A stretch of DNA of 64,000 nucleotides from Patellaria atrata CBS 101060 (taxonomy: Eukaryota), in assembly GCA_010093705.1 (NCBI GenBank), contig MU006089.1:2963561-3027560 (forward strand), read 5' to 3'. A program made the translations under genes and the position numbers. Positions 26,574 to 39,654 of the stretch are shown here, one piece after another (the first letter of the stretch is position 1; the number at the start of each line of letters is the position of its first letter). The notes beneath the pieces were generated by a model. It was not told where the DNA came from. It did no database searches and was given only the letters and a program-made list of their open reading frames with translations.

Positions 26574-27602
26574 CTAAATGTGACGAGAACGCTCCACGTT
26601 ACAACCTTCGCAGAACAACAGTTCGGCATTTTGGTGTGATTGTATGGAATTGACTACGAACGCTGCGTCTTCCCGATAAGCTGTTGGACACAGCATTTTG
26701 TCACCTATGACAAACATAATTCCTCTAAACGTGTTTGCTGAACTAGCCATTTCTCCATGATATCTGGTTGTAATTGCCCCCTCATCTTGTGCAAGTCCTT
26801 TTAAGGTAGTGGAGATCTCATCGATATTGTCGGAAAAGTTTCGCCTAAGATCCACTTCGAGGAAGATGTCCGGAAAAAGAGCCGTAAGAATTTCCACGTA
26901 CACACACGCAAGGGAGAAGACGTCTGATTTCCGATCTCCTTGGCCCCATTGCCGAACTTCGGGGGCAGCATAACGTAGGTTGAGACCTTCTAGAGGTCCA
27001 GAGGAGGAAATGTTTCCAGCTGTGCCAAAGTCAAATGAAAGACCAAAGTTCGTGTATAGGACGCGGTCGAAATGAATGAAAATACTTTGAGGATCAATGA
27101 TCTTGTGACGAATGGTCTGGTGATGCATGAAGTCCAGTCCGTTTGCCAGGCACCCAAATGCTGATAACAGGATGTTCTTCTGAGATTCATTCGGGGGTCT
27201 CTCGGATGCTTTGATATGTTGTAGGAAGGAACCTAAGTCGCCTTGATTTGCCACAGGATCCACGATTAATGAGAGTTCGCCCCTCTGTACGTAAGTAGCA
27301 TGTAGAGCCACGAAGTGCCGGTGAACAGACATGTATCGCATAGCCACGACTTCGTTTCGCATGTACTGTTCAATCTGGGAATGGTTCTGAGGTTGTGCGT
27401 GCCGGATGGTCTTTCGAACGTACACGGCTTCCGTTATCACATCTTTTACCACGTCAATCACCGCCTTGCTGCTAGAGGCCAGATTGCGGATAAGTAGATA
27501 TGGTGGGATGACATTGTCATTTAATTCGTTGTGTGAGCCCTTCTTGATTCGAAGTACGCCTGCAGTGTTTGCCGCTTCGTCTGGTAGAATGCCGCCTTCC
27601 AT
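26574..27602 (-). CDS. Protein-kinase-fold protein with degenerate catalytic motifs (pseudokinase)
   Basis: 342-aa ORF: VYVRKTI, NEVVAM, HRHFVALHATY, FGCLANGLDFMH, IRHKIIDPQSIFI, YTNFGLS, RYAAPE, KSDVFSLACVYVEIL. Confidence 0.75.
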   Translation of the reverse strand: MEGGILPDEAANTAGVLRIKKGSHNELNDNVIPPYLLIRNLASSSKAVIDVVKDVITEAVYVRKTIRHAQPQNHSQIEQYMRNEVVAMRYMSVHRHFVALHATYVQRGELSLIVDPVANQGDLGSFLQHIKASERPPNESQKNILLSAFGCLANGLDFMHHQTIRHKIIDPQSIFIHFDRVLYTNFGLSFDFGTAGNISSSGPLEGLNLRYAAPEVRQWGQGDRKSDVFSLACVYVEILTALFPDIFLEVDLRRNFSDNIDEISTTLKGLAQDEGAITTRYHGEMASSANTFRGIMFVIGDKMLCPTAYREDAAFVVNSIQSHQNAELLFCEGCNVERSRHI

Positions 27603-28669
27603 TGTCTTAATGCCGGGCTTGATATCCTCCTAGATATCAATGAGTGGAAGACAATACAGGTGGCTTGATTGTACGACGTGCTTACCCCTTCTTAGGCGTG
27701 TATGTACTCTCTGGGATTTGATGGTCTCTTTTGATGAATGAGGGGTGAGGGAGGTGGACTGGAACGAATGGTAAACGCACAAGTCGAAGAACCTGAACAG
27801 CAAGCACGCAGGATTTATAGACTTCGAATCTGCATCAAGCATTTGATATGTGATCTCCAATGAGTATTGTGGCAAGTTCGGAGCAACGGTGAAGATTACG
27901 GGTACTGGTAAGACTCTAAAACCCATGGTCGGCATTCCGAGAACTCTTTCAAAAAGACATTTCATATCCAATCATGCAGGGGCCGCTCTGAGCTGTTTAA
28001 GACCTCAAGCCTTGCGGCAATACCACTCAAACCCGCCAATCATCCTGGCCGTTCCCTCCATCGCTTGTAGTACACATAGTACCAAACGCTTATCAACGAA
28101 CGTGCTCATAGGCTGCACCAGACCACAGCAGGAAACAAACAGAGACAGAGACATTGAAATGAGATTCTGCTAGATTGGGGCAGTAGGCTGTCCTTATACT
28201 TGGTACAGGGGTAATTTCTCCATAACGTTCAATCTTGAAATCTCAGACGATGTGCTTAAGCTGGGATGTATGAACTACAAGTGAGCCTTTGCTTTCTTCA
28301 ATAAAACCTCTTCTAAGTTGGGACATATAGTAGTCGATATTTATCGCGAGTGTTGAATGAGCCCACATGTCTAATGAAGAGATAAGGAGTTGGGGTACAG
28401 TTCGCGTTGGGTTTGGGAAGTTGAGAAAGGAGCGGTCACATGATCGCGACATTCAGACCGCCTGCGTTTTCTGCCACCGAGACAGCTTGCGCCGGCTGGA
28501 GCTCGTGACGGTGCACAACGCAAGGGGTCTCACCTACTGATCGAAATCTGTTCGCCTTTGAAACTTTTGATTTTCCTTCTCTTTAAGCTGCCTTGAGACT
28601 CAAATTTTCTCATGGCCAGTATTTTCCCTAAGTTGACAATTTGGTGAGGCCACTGCTTCTACTAACAGC

Positions 28670-31600
28670 ATGGCTCAGCTATCGCGGGATGTGGTTGATC
28701 GCATCATCCACGACTTAAAATCTAGGTGAGTATAATCGAAGTTTTGTTGAACATGGCTGACAAGACATAGAAATGACGATGTAAGGTCAAAAGCAGCAGC
28801 TACTTTAAGGCAGAACTTCGAGGCAGCTCACAGAGGTGAGAGCATTGCTCATCCTCAGTCGTAATCATGCCCATGTATCTAGAAGCAGCTGACAAAGGGA
28901 CCAGAACTTCCATCCGGCCAGTTTCAAGTGTACTATTCCGACATTGTGACGCGAGTATGTCTACTTGTCTCGCAAGGCAACGATACAAATGAGCGGATTG
29001 GGGGCATTCAAGCCCTCAGTCAGCTCATTGACTTCAAGGGCGATGATGCCGGCCAAAAGACTACTCGGTTTGCCCAGACCCTGCGGATTATGATGAGAGG
29101 AAACGATACACATGCTATGTACTTCGCATCTCGAGCCATAGCAAGACTAGCAGAGCCAGGAGGAACATTCACAGCAGAACTTGTTGAAGCGGAGGTGAAA
29201 AATGCCTTGGAATACCTACATGCCGACCGCGTAGAGAACAGACGTTTTTCTGCAGTTCTTATCCTACGAGATCTTGCCCGTAGCTCGCCAACGTTAATGT
29301 ATTCATTCATCGGAGATATCTTTGACATAATCTGGGTGGCATTACGGGATCCAAAAGTTCTCATTCGCGAAACTGCTGCGGAAGCTGTGAGTGCTATTTT
29401 CGAGATAACTGCGGCCCGGGACTCTTCTTTGCGGCATCAGTATTTTGGACAGGTCTACGACGAGGTCATGCGAGGATTCGGCCTTGGTAGTGTCGATGCC
29501 GTTCATGGCTCGTTGTTAACCGTTAAGCAGTTATTGCAGAAAGGTGCAATGTTCATGCATGGGCAGAAATACAAAGAGACTTGCGAAACGGTTCTCAAGT
29601 TCAAAGACAGCCGGGACGGCCTTATACGTAAGGAGGTCATCAACATCATTCCGATTCTGGCCACCTACGCTCCACAGGAATTCGCCCTTAATTACCTTCA
29701 TACCTGCATGCTACACCTACAGGGCCTCATAAAAAAGGATAAAGACCGGAGTTTGGCTTTCGTAGCAATAGGCAAAGTAGCCCGTGCTATGGGAAGCAAT
29801 ATGCAAAACTACATTGACGGGATATTGATCTTCATCCGCGAGGGTCTAACCATGAGAACGTAAGTTTATCTATCTTCTATTGGGTTTCCACCATTAACAT
29901 AATCTAGTCGAACGAAAGCAATAGACGAGGGACCAATCTTCGAATGCTTGAGTGAACTAGCAATTGCGGTAGGCCAAACTCTGAGCAAAAGTATCGAACC
30001 CCTTTTAGATCCCATCTTTGCGTGTGGGTTAAGCGATTCTCTCACACAGGCGCTTGTGGACATGGCACATTACATCCCGCCTTGTAAACCTACCATTCAA
30101 GAGAGACTGTTGGACCTACTAAGTCGTGTTCTGTGCGGACGGCCTTTCATGTCGCTCGGTAGCCCCTACCATAGTGCTGCCGCACCGATTATATGGTCTC
30201 GAGACCATAAAGATGCACAACAAATCGAACAAAAGGAAGCAGAAATCACATCTGCTCTGCACACCCTTGGAAGTTTCGACTTTTCGGGCCATATTCTCAA
30301 CGAGTTTGTTCGAGATGTGGCGATCCGCTACGTCGATGCTGATAATCCGGACATTCGAAAGGCTGCTTCTCTCACCTGTTGCCAACTCTTTTGTCGGGAT
30401 CCGATCGTCCACCAGACTAGTCATCATGCTATACAAGTTGTCGGTGACGTGATAGAAAAGTTACTGACTGTTGGTGTTGCAGACGTTGATCCTGAAATTA
30501 GGCGTACGGTATTAACATCACTTGATGCACGATTCGATCGGCATTTAGGGAAAGCAGAGAATGTTCGGACCCTTTTCCTCGCTCTAAATGACGAGACTTT
30601 CGCTATTCGAGAGGCAGCTATGACAATCATTGGTCGTCTAACGGCCATCAATCCTGCTTATGTCTTTCCGTCACTCCGCAAGGTTCTGATCCAGCTCTTG
30701 ACCGAGGTGGAGTACTCTGACTCCCCACAGAATAAGGATGAGAGTGCAAGACTTATCAGTCACTTAGTAACTGCTTCATCGAAATTAGTCAAACCTTATG
30801 TGGAACCCATGGTGAAAGTTCTCCTACCAAAGGCTCGTGATAGCAACTCGGAGGTTGCCTCAACAACTCTAAAAACGATCGGTGACTTAGCCACAGTTGG
30901 TGGCGAAGACATGAAACGGTATATTCCAGAACTTATGGAGATAATAATACGCAATCTTCAAGACCTCAGCTCTGATGTTAAACGTCTGGCTGCTTTACGA
31001 ACATTAGGACAATTAGCGACACACTCGGGTTATGTCATCCAACCATATCGGGACTACCCGGATCTTCTCAATATTCTAATCAAAGTTATCAAAACGGAAC
31101 AAGCTGGACCTTTACGCCGAGATACCATCAAATTAATGGGCGTATTAGGCGCCCTCGATCCCGATGAATACCAGGTGAGTGTTATGCTACACATAGTATT
31201 CAATGAACTATTGCTGACCTTATCAGAAAATTGTAGAGCAATCACCGGAGAGCAATTTGTTAGCGGAAGCTCAAGCGATAACTGATGTGTCTCTGATAAT
31301 GAGTGGTATGACTCCATCAAATGACGAGTACTACCCTACGGTCGTAATTCATACCCTCATGGGACTCCTTGGGGATAATTCCCTTGCACAATATCATTCT
31401 GGTGTTGTTGACGCTGTAATGAATATCTACGCTACGATGGGATTAAAATGTGTGGGTTTTCTAAATCAAGTCATCCCAGGGTTCATATCCGTCATTCGTA
31501 ACGCCCCTTCAGGCAGAGTTGAGGGTTACTTTAATCAGCTGAGTCAACTTGTTCGCATTGTTCGTCAACATATTCGGCCATTTTTGCCTAGTATTCTCGA

Positions 31601-34600
31601 GACAATCCAGGACTTTTGGACGGACGTTCCCCAACTTCAGGCTACAATCTTATCTCTTATTGAGGCTATCGCTCGATCATTAGAAGGGGAGTTCAAGATA
31701 TACCTTGCTAGTGTTCTGCATCTTATGCTAGGTGTCCTCAATTCTGACGTTTCGTTGAAACGTCTGCCATCGGAAAGAGTTTTGCACGCGTTTCTCATTT
31801 TTGGCTCCAGTGCGGAAGAATATATGCACTTGATAATTCCCATTATTGTGCGTATGTTTGAGAAGCCCGGTCAACCGGTGAACGTACGGAAACAAGCTAT
31901 CGAAACCTTAGGCCGTTTGTCTAGACAAGTCAACATATCCGAATTTGCCGCGAGGATTATTCATCCCCTATCAAGAGTTTTCTCCGGTCCCGATAATTCC
32001 TTGAAACAAACAGCACTAGAAACATTATGCGCTTTGATCTTTCAACTTGGTCCGGACTATATCCATTTCATCCCCACTATTAACAAGATCCTTACGGCTA
32101 ACAAGGTGCCGCATTCGAACTATGCTCTCATTGTTTCCAAATTACAAAAAGGAGAGCCTCTCCCACAGGATCTAAGTCCTGATGAACGTTATGGTGACGA
32201 TGATGAGGACCAGTTGCTTGCCGAAATCGCGACAAAAAAACCTGCTGTAAACCAACAACATTTAAAAAGTGCTTGGGATGCTAATAGCAAATCAACACGA
32301 GAAGACTGGGTCGAATGGATGCGACGTTTTAGTGTGGAACTCTTAAGGGAATCTCCGCAACTTGCCCTTCGAGCTTGCACACCTCTCGCAAGCACATACG
32401 CTCCTATTGCGCGCGCTCTGTTCAACTCTGCATTTGTTTCTTGCTGGACGGAGTTATATGACCAGTATCAGGAAGAACTAGTTCGTTCCATAGAGACGGC
32501 ACTTACTTCAGCTAATATTCCGCCCGAAATACTCCAGATTCTCCTGAATCTTGCAGAGTTTATGGAACATGACGATAAGGCACTTCCCATCGATGTTAGA
32601 GTCCTCGGAATGTATGCTGCGAAATGTCATGCTTTCGCCAAAGCTTTGCATTACAAAGAGCTCGAGTTCAACGCGGACCAAAATGCCGCTGCTGTTGAGG
32701 CCTTGATTAGTATCAATAATCAGCTCCAGCAGACAGATGCTGCATTTGGTATATTACGCAAAGCTCAACACTATCAGGACGTTGAGCTCAAAGAAACGTG
32801 GTTTGAGAAACTTTCAAAATGGGAAGACGCCTTGCAATCCTATCAAAGACGCGAGAAAGAAGAACCCGACTCGTTTGATGTTACTATGGGCAAAATGAGA
32901 TGTCTTCATGCTCTTGGTGAGTGGGACGTGTTGTCGAGCCTAGCACAAGATAAGTGGAACCATGCCCCGATCGAATATAAAAAAGCAATTGCGCCTCTTG
33001 CAGCAGCTGCTGCGTGGGGGTTGGGACAATGGGAGCTTATGGACAACTATCTTTCCGTGATGAATCCGAATTCACCGGATAGATCATTCTTAGGCGCAAT
33101 TTTGGCCTTGCATAGAAACCAATTCGACGATGCGCACTTACACATCGAGAAAGCTCGTGAGGGCCTGGACACTCAACTAAGCGCAGTCCTTGGGGAATCT
33201 TATACCCGGGCGTATCTTCCGATTCTCCGAGTTCAGATGCTTGCAGAACTCGAAGAAATCATCGCCTACAAACAAAATTCGGCTAATACTGAGAAGCAAG
33301 CGAGTATGCGTCGGACATGGATGAAACGATTAAAAGGATTACAGCCGAATCCAGAGGTGTGGCAACGAATGTTGAAAGTACGCGCACTCGTCATCAGCCC
33401 AAGAGATAATATGCAGATGTGGATCAAGTTCACAAATCTCTGCCGAAAGAACTCTCGCTTAGGACTTTCCGAACGATCATTACACTCTTTGTTGGAATCG
33501 AATAATGTTGAAGGGAATCTAACTGAAGTATTCCGGTCCAAATCATCAGAAGTACCTTATCCCATCTCATACGCCGTCTTGAAGTTCTTGTGGACTTCCG
33601 CCGAAAATGACCCACCAAAAGCAGTAGAGGCCAAGGTAGAAGCTTTGGAGATATTGAAAGATTTCACGGCTAGACTGGCAGATGACTTGCAAGTCCGAGC
33701 ACGAGAAGCTAATATTCACGCCGGAGCAAACCATGTCAATGGTACTGGATTGAACAGCGTGAACGGTATAAATGGCGCTCATTCCGTTAACGGGATACAC
33801 TCATATGGCTCGACTGGACCAAACGGAATTGATATTATGGCTAATTCGCATATGCTGAATGCATCCGGCAGTCTTCCACATTCTCAATTTGACATCAACG
33901 AGGCGCATAGGCTTCTTGCTAAGTGCTATCTGAAGCAAGGTGAATGGCAAACTTACCTCCATGGCGGCGAATGGCGACACCAGTCTGTTCACGATATCCT
34001 GTCTTCCTATGCTGCTGCAACAAGATATAATGATAGCTGGTATAAAGCTTGGCATGCGTGGGCCCTCGCAAATTTCGAGGTTGTCACATCAATCACGGCA
34101 CAGCCGAATGGCAAGACAAGCGATGTTCCACCGAACATTGTCCATGAACATATAGTACCCGCTATTAAGGGCTTCTTCAAATCAATTGCATTGTCCACGA
34201 CAAGCTCCCTACAGGATACACTGAGGTTACTCACCCTGTGGTTTGCACATGGAGGCCATTACGAAGTCAATAATGCTGTCACTGAGGGTATTGGAACTGT
34301 TAGCATCGATACATGGTTGGAGGTAATTCCTCAGCTTCTAGCCCGCATCAATCAGCCCAACCAGAGAGTAAGGCAGTCTATCCACAATCTCCTTTCGGAA
34401 GTTGGGCGAGCCCATCCTCAGGCGCTTGTCTTCCCTCTCACGGTAGCGATGAAATCAGACGTGTCTCGTCGGTCTCGCCCTGCTGCTCAGTTGATGGATA
34501 CAATGCGACAGCACTCCGCTTCTTTAGTCGAGCAAGCTGATCTTGTCAGTCATGAATTGATTCGCATTGCGGTGCTATGGCACGAACAGTGGCATGAGGG

Positions 34601-36201
34601 TCTCGAAGAAGCCTCGAGGCTTTATTTTGGTGATCATAACATTGAGGGCATGTTTAACGTGCTTGCTCCTTTGCATGCAATGCTCGATGAAGGTCCCCAG
34701 ACTTTGAGAGAGATATCGTTCATTCAAGGGTTTGGACGGGAGCTCCAGGAAGCACGGGATTGGTGTCAGACATTCAGAAACTCCGGCGAAGTCGGCGATA
34801 TCAATCAAGCCTGGGATCTTTATTACCAAGTATTCCGGAAAATCGCGCGCCAACTACCCTCCTTGATGACCTTAGAACTTCAGTATGTATCACCCAAACT
34901 CAAAGCTGTTCAAGACTTAGATCTTGCTATTCCTGGAACATACCAAAGTGGAAAGCCTGCGGTGCGAATCGCTTCCTTTGACCCTACCTCCACCGTCATT
35001 CAATCGAAACAGCGTCCAAGAAAACTTGTCATAAGGGGCAGCGACGGCAACAACTATCAATATCTGCTCAAAGGTCACGAGGATATTCGACAAGACGAAC
35101 GTGTCATGCAATTGTTCGGTCTCGTCAACACACTCTTAGCGAATGACAACGAATGTCGTAAACGTCATCTAGATATTCAGCGGTATTCCGCTATGCCGCT
35201 ATCTACTCAGTCTGGTCTTCTAGGCTGGGTACCAAACAGCGACACGTTGCATGTCCTTATCCGAGAATATCGCGACAGTCGTAAAATTCTGCTCAACATT
35301 GAACACAGGATCATGTTGCAAATGGCACCGGACTACGATAGTCTAACACTCATGCAGAAAGTTGAAGTTTTCGGATATGCGCTTGATAACACCACCGGAC
35401 AGGATCTTTATCGTGTTCTATGGCTTAAGAGTAAGAGCTCGGAAGCTTGGCTTGATAGACGGACAAACTATACTCGATCCCTAGCTGTTATGTCCATGGT
35501 GGGTTACATCCTAGGACTTGGCGATCGCCATCCCTCCAATCTCATGCTCGATAAGGTCACTGGTAAGATTGTGCATATTGATTTCGGTGATTGCTTTGAA
35601 GTGGCCATGCAACGTGAAAAGTATCCGGAGCGGGTACCGTTCCGCTTGACGAGAATGTTGACATACGCCATGGAAGTCAGCAATATAGAAGGTAGTTACA
35701 GGACTACCTGCGAGCATGTCATGCGCGTTCTAAGGGACAATAAGGAGTCGGTGATGGCAGTCCTCGAAGCCGTAAGTTCACTACCAGCCTTCATTGCTGT
35801 AATGTACACTAATGATTTCGCAGTTCATTCATGATCCCCTTCTCACTTGGCGTTTGGGTCAACGAGATTCACCTCCCGAACCGTCCTTCCCTTCGGAAAG
35901 ACGGAATTCTATTATGGGCGTAGAGACTGGAACCGATAGGCCACATCCACATGGCTCATTCCGTCCAAGACACCGCTCGAGCGCTGTACAGGCCAACAAC
36001 TCTCAAGACCCCGAGGCAAGGGAAGTACAGAACGTTCGCGCCCTGGAAGTCTTAGCTAGAGTCAAGGACAAGTTGACTGGACGAGATTTCAAGACGATTG
36101 AGCCTTTACATTTTGAAACTCAAGTAGACCGGTTGATTAGGGAGGCGACCAACTTGGAAAATTTATGTCAGCATTACATTGGGTGGTGTAGTTTCTGGTA
36201 G
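28670..36201 (+). CDS. TOR: Serine/threonine kinase TOR (HEAT-FAT-FRB-PIKK-FATC)
   Basis: Exons 28670-28725, 28771-28835, 28905-29859, 29908-31174, 31227-35771, 35824-36201. [61 protein letters not shown] end [12 protein letters not shown]. Confidence 0.98.
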
Positions 36202-36897
36202 GTGTTAAGTTTGGGACGCGGCATCTATTCATAGCCGCAAAAGGAAGTCGTTTATCCATTGCTGTCTCGTTACTGACATCTGGTTGTCAGCTAACCACCA
36301 GCACTTAATCAAGAAAGGGATGGTTTTGCATTGGAATGATAGATGTTAGCGGCATGGGCGGCGTAGTTTCTTCGAATGCATTTACAGGGCGTCTACTTCT
36401 TCGGGATTCGCTTTGGTTTTACATGGTTTACAATGGATACTTAGATCCAAAACTCCTTGAAATTCATGGACGCATTAAACTTACAGTCCTCTTTCCCTCT
36501 ATCTCGTAGACTTTGAAATTCTTTATAATTCTTACATGAAAATTTTGCAACTGAGGTGATGCTAAGGTAGTTATTCTGACTTGTGAAGTCGGATATCGGC
36601 AAAGCACCCGCCGCCCCATAGCGTCATACGACCGCTTAGCGGCACAGACTCTTTTATCAACCACCCTCGAGACATTTCTATGATAAAGGCTTGCTATGGA
36701 TGCCTTTGAGTCGTAATGTTTCATTCCACTGTTCTCACCTTCTTCGGCCCCTGCAACGAGGTCAAAACTCAAAACAGGGGGCTTGTTTTCAGCTTCCATA
36801 TCATGTTTGAATTTTCTTCTCTGTATTAACTTGTTTGTATGATTTATTAGTGTGTGAGACCTCTTTTCGATCCTCACGTGCTCTGATATCTCGAACT

Positions 36898-39021
36898 ATG
36901 CCTTCCATGTCTCGACCTCATCCTCATCGTATCGAAGAGGTCGAGCGTGATATGGGAAATAGTCCCTTCACGTCCGAGCATTCGTCTTCATCCAGTTTAG
37001 ACCAGCGACTTGGAAGATGGGATAGTCGGCGTGTGAGCTCGTATGATCCATCTGACAGGTCGGGCACCGGTGACGTGGTCAACGGTGTTGATACCCATGA
37101 TATGGCGAAGGATATGGAGTTAGGGTATGTGGGCACGGAAGAGACGAATGTGGGCTGGAAGGAAAGGATTAGACATTTTACATGGACGTGGTTCACGTTG
37201 ACTATGGCTACTGGGGGATTAGCGAATTTGCTATATAACGGTATGTGGATTTTCAACATTCCCGAGCTAAGAGTCACTTCTCCTACCCTAGAGAGTCAGC
37301 TGCTGTACTGTACACCTGTTCTGGTATAATGGTCTAGCTGTGGATCTCAAGAACCCATGGTCTTGCCGGTATAATGCTCTAAGCTTCCATATGGTTATGA
37401 GGTGTTTTGTTCAGTCATACCCTTTTGTACTATCATATGACTTTGTACAGTCGTAACCTTTAGTACAGTCATACCGTTATGTACCGCGGAGTTAGAACCC
37501 TTTTTCACAAACTACGTACAGTGCAGCGAGCCAGGAGTATCATAGTAGGGGAAGGATTTACCTGAATAAATTTTCGGGCGTTAAGCATATATAGCTTTGT
37601 TTCTACTTACTGACGAGTAATACAGTACCATTCCGCTTCGATGGACTATATGCAATCGGATGCATCTTTTTCCTACTCAATATTCTTCTCTTTATCTTTA
37701 ATGTCATAATGATTAGTATAAGATTCTACCATTTTCCTGCAACGTTCAAGCATGGATTTCTCCATCCAACGGAATCGCTATTTATCCCAGCTGCTGTGAT
37801 CAGCTTGGGCACTATCCTCATGAATGTGTCTCAGTACGGAGTTGGAAGTAAGACTGGACCGTGGCTAGAAACCACGATGATCGTAATGTTTTGGATTTAC
37901 TGTGCTCTGGCTTTCATCTTCTCCTGCACAATTTATCTCATAATGTAAGTCTCGTACTACCAATAAGGCGCACAGGCTGATGCTGGTATCGTACAACTAT
38001 GTACAGTAGCGCTAAAACAGATCATAGGTGGTCTACCCAGACCTTTACAATTTCACAAATGACACCGATTTGGATTTTTCCTGCGTATCCGCTCCTCATT
38101 ATCGGGCCCCATGCGGGACAGCTGGCCGAAAAGGTTAACAATAATAGTGCGCTAAGCATCATAATAGGAGGTGTCGTTCTTCAAGGTGTCGGCTTCACCA
38201 TTTCATTGATGATTTACTCGGCTTTCCTCTACCGTCTCATGACGCAAAAGCTTCCCAAAGAGTCTCTACGACCTGGTATGTTCATCAGCGTAGGCCCAAG
38301 CGGCTTTACAATCTCTGGTCTTATCAGTATGGGCAAGACTCTACCGGAAGTGATACCACCTGAGTTCATGGGTGACGGGAAACTTGCTGGCGCTGTCTCA
38401 AGGATCTTAGCGAACTGGACAGGCATCTGGTTATGGGGTATCGCCTTTTGGTTCTTCTTTATCAGCGTTGGTGCCCATGCATCTTGCTGGAGGGGCGGTG
38501 ACAAAATGGCATTCGCAATGACATGGTACTCATTTGTGTTCCCCAACACAGCTCTCACAACCGCCACCTTTAATGTGGCCAGAGCATTGGGGTCGAATCA
38601 CGGCATCCAGATAGTCGGGTGCATTCTAACCGTCGCCTTGATACTGACCTGGTTCGCTGTCTTCTTCTCAATGATCAGAGCAGTGATCTTGAAGCAGATT
38701 CTCTGGCCTCAGAAGCAAGAGGACCGCGATGAGGGTGGTTGGGACGTCAAGACGGTCGAACACGAAAGGAGACGGAGCAAGAGTGTACGTCGAAATTCGA
38801 GTAGGGCAACAAATCGATTTCCGTTCAATCAGCTACGCTCGCAATTCGTGTCAGAGAAACCAGCAGAGCTACAGAGAACAAACTCGGTACCGGCCGATAG
38901 AAGCAACCCGATTATATATGGAAGAAGTAGAGCTAGGACGAATGCCTCATGGGGAGGATGGGCAGCGAGAACGTTTGGAAATAATTCGGGAACGAGTATA
39001 AAGGGGGCGAACGTGGGTTAG
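36898..39021 (+). CDS. C4-dicarboxylate/malic acid transporter (SLAC1/TDT family, Mae1-like)
   Basis: Exons 36898-37240, 37626-37944, 38028-39021. ERIRHFTWTWFTLTMATGG, HPTESLF, PIWIFPAYP, RPGMFISVGPSGFT, WYSFVFPN. Confidence 0.92.
37410..37481. repeat. Degenerate 18-bp tandem repeat (4 units) in transporter intron 1
   Basis: ttcagtcatacccttttg / tactatcatatgactttg / tacagtcgtaacctttag / tacagtcataccgttatg. Confidence 0.65.
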
Positions 39022-39654
39022 GTGTTATCGGGGATTTCCGTGGATGGTGTTGTAAAAGTTGACCTATTATTGTATTCAATAATACCCACGTATTATTCTC
39101 ACAGTGTCTCGAAGATTTTAGAACCATAGAGGTAGAATTAAGTCTAGGATTGAAAACACCCCTTGAATTCTATGGTGTTCTTGTCTCGCGAGAAGTCGGG
39201 TGAGTTTACAGAATAGAAAGTTTGAAGGTGGAGTGATATTTGGCGTTCTAGGACGCGTTGATATGCAGGCGATGTAAACGCTTTCGGTCATTCTGCATGG
39301 CAGATTTTTGCCTTACAACAGCTTCGTAGCCGACTGGACCTCGGACGCGTAGCTCTTTCCCTAAATTCCCTTATCGGTGGGGCCCTGGGTAACCAAGACT
39401 ACTTATGGCAAGTACCCCTCCATGCCCAAGATCGCAACAAACCCTGAGCTGATCACCGACGTACGAAAGCTCCACTGATTAAACTCACACCTTGCCTTCT
39501 TCTTTGCTTTTGCTATTTAATCTCTCAATCTTCCACCCCGCCTCTCAAGCCTTCAATTCTTCATCAACCATACACTAATTCCTCCGCTAAACACCCTTTG
39601 TTCAATAGAACTACATTTCCAAAATATTACACCCGAACAGAAGAACATCTCAAT

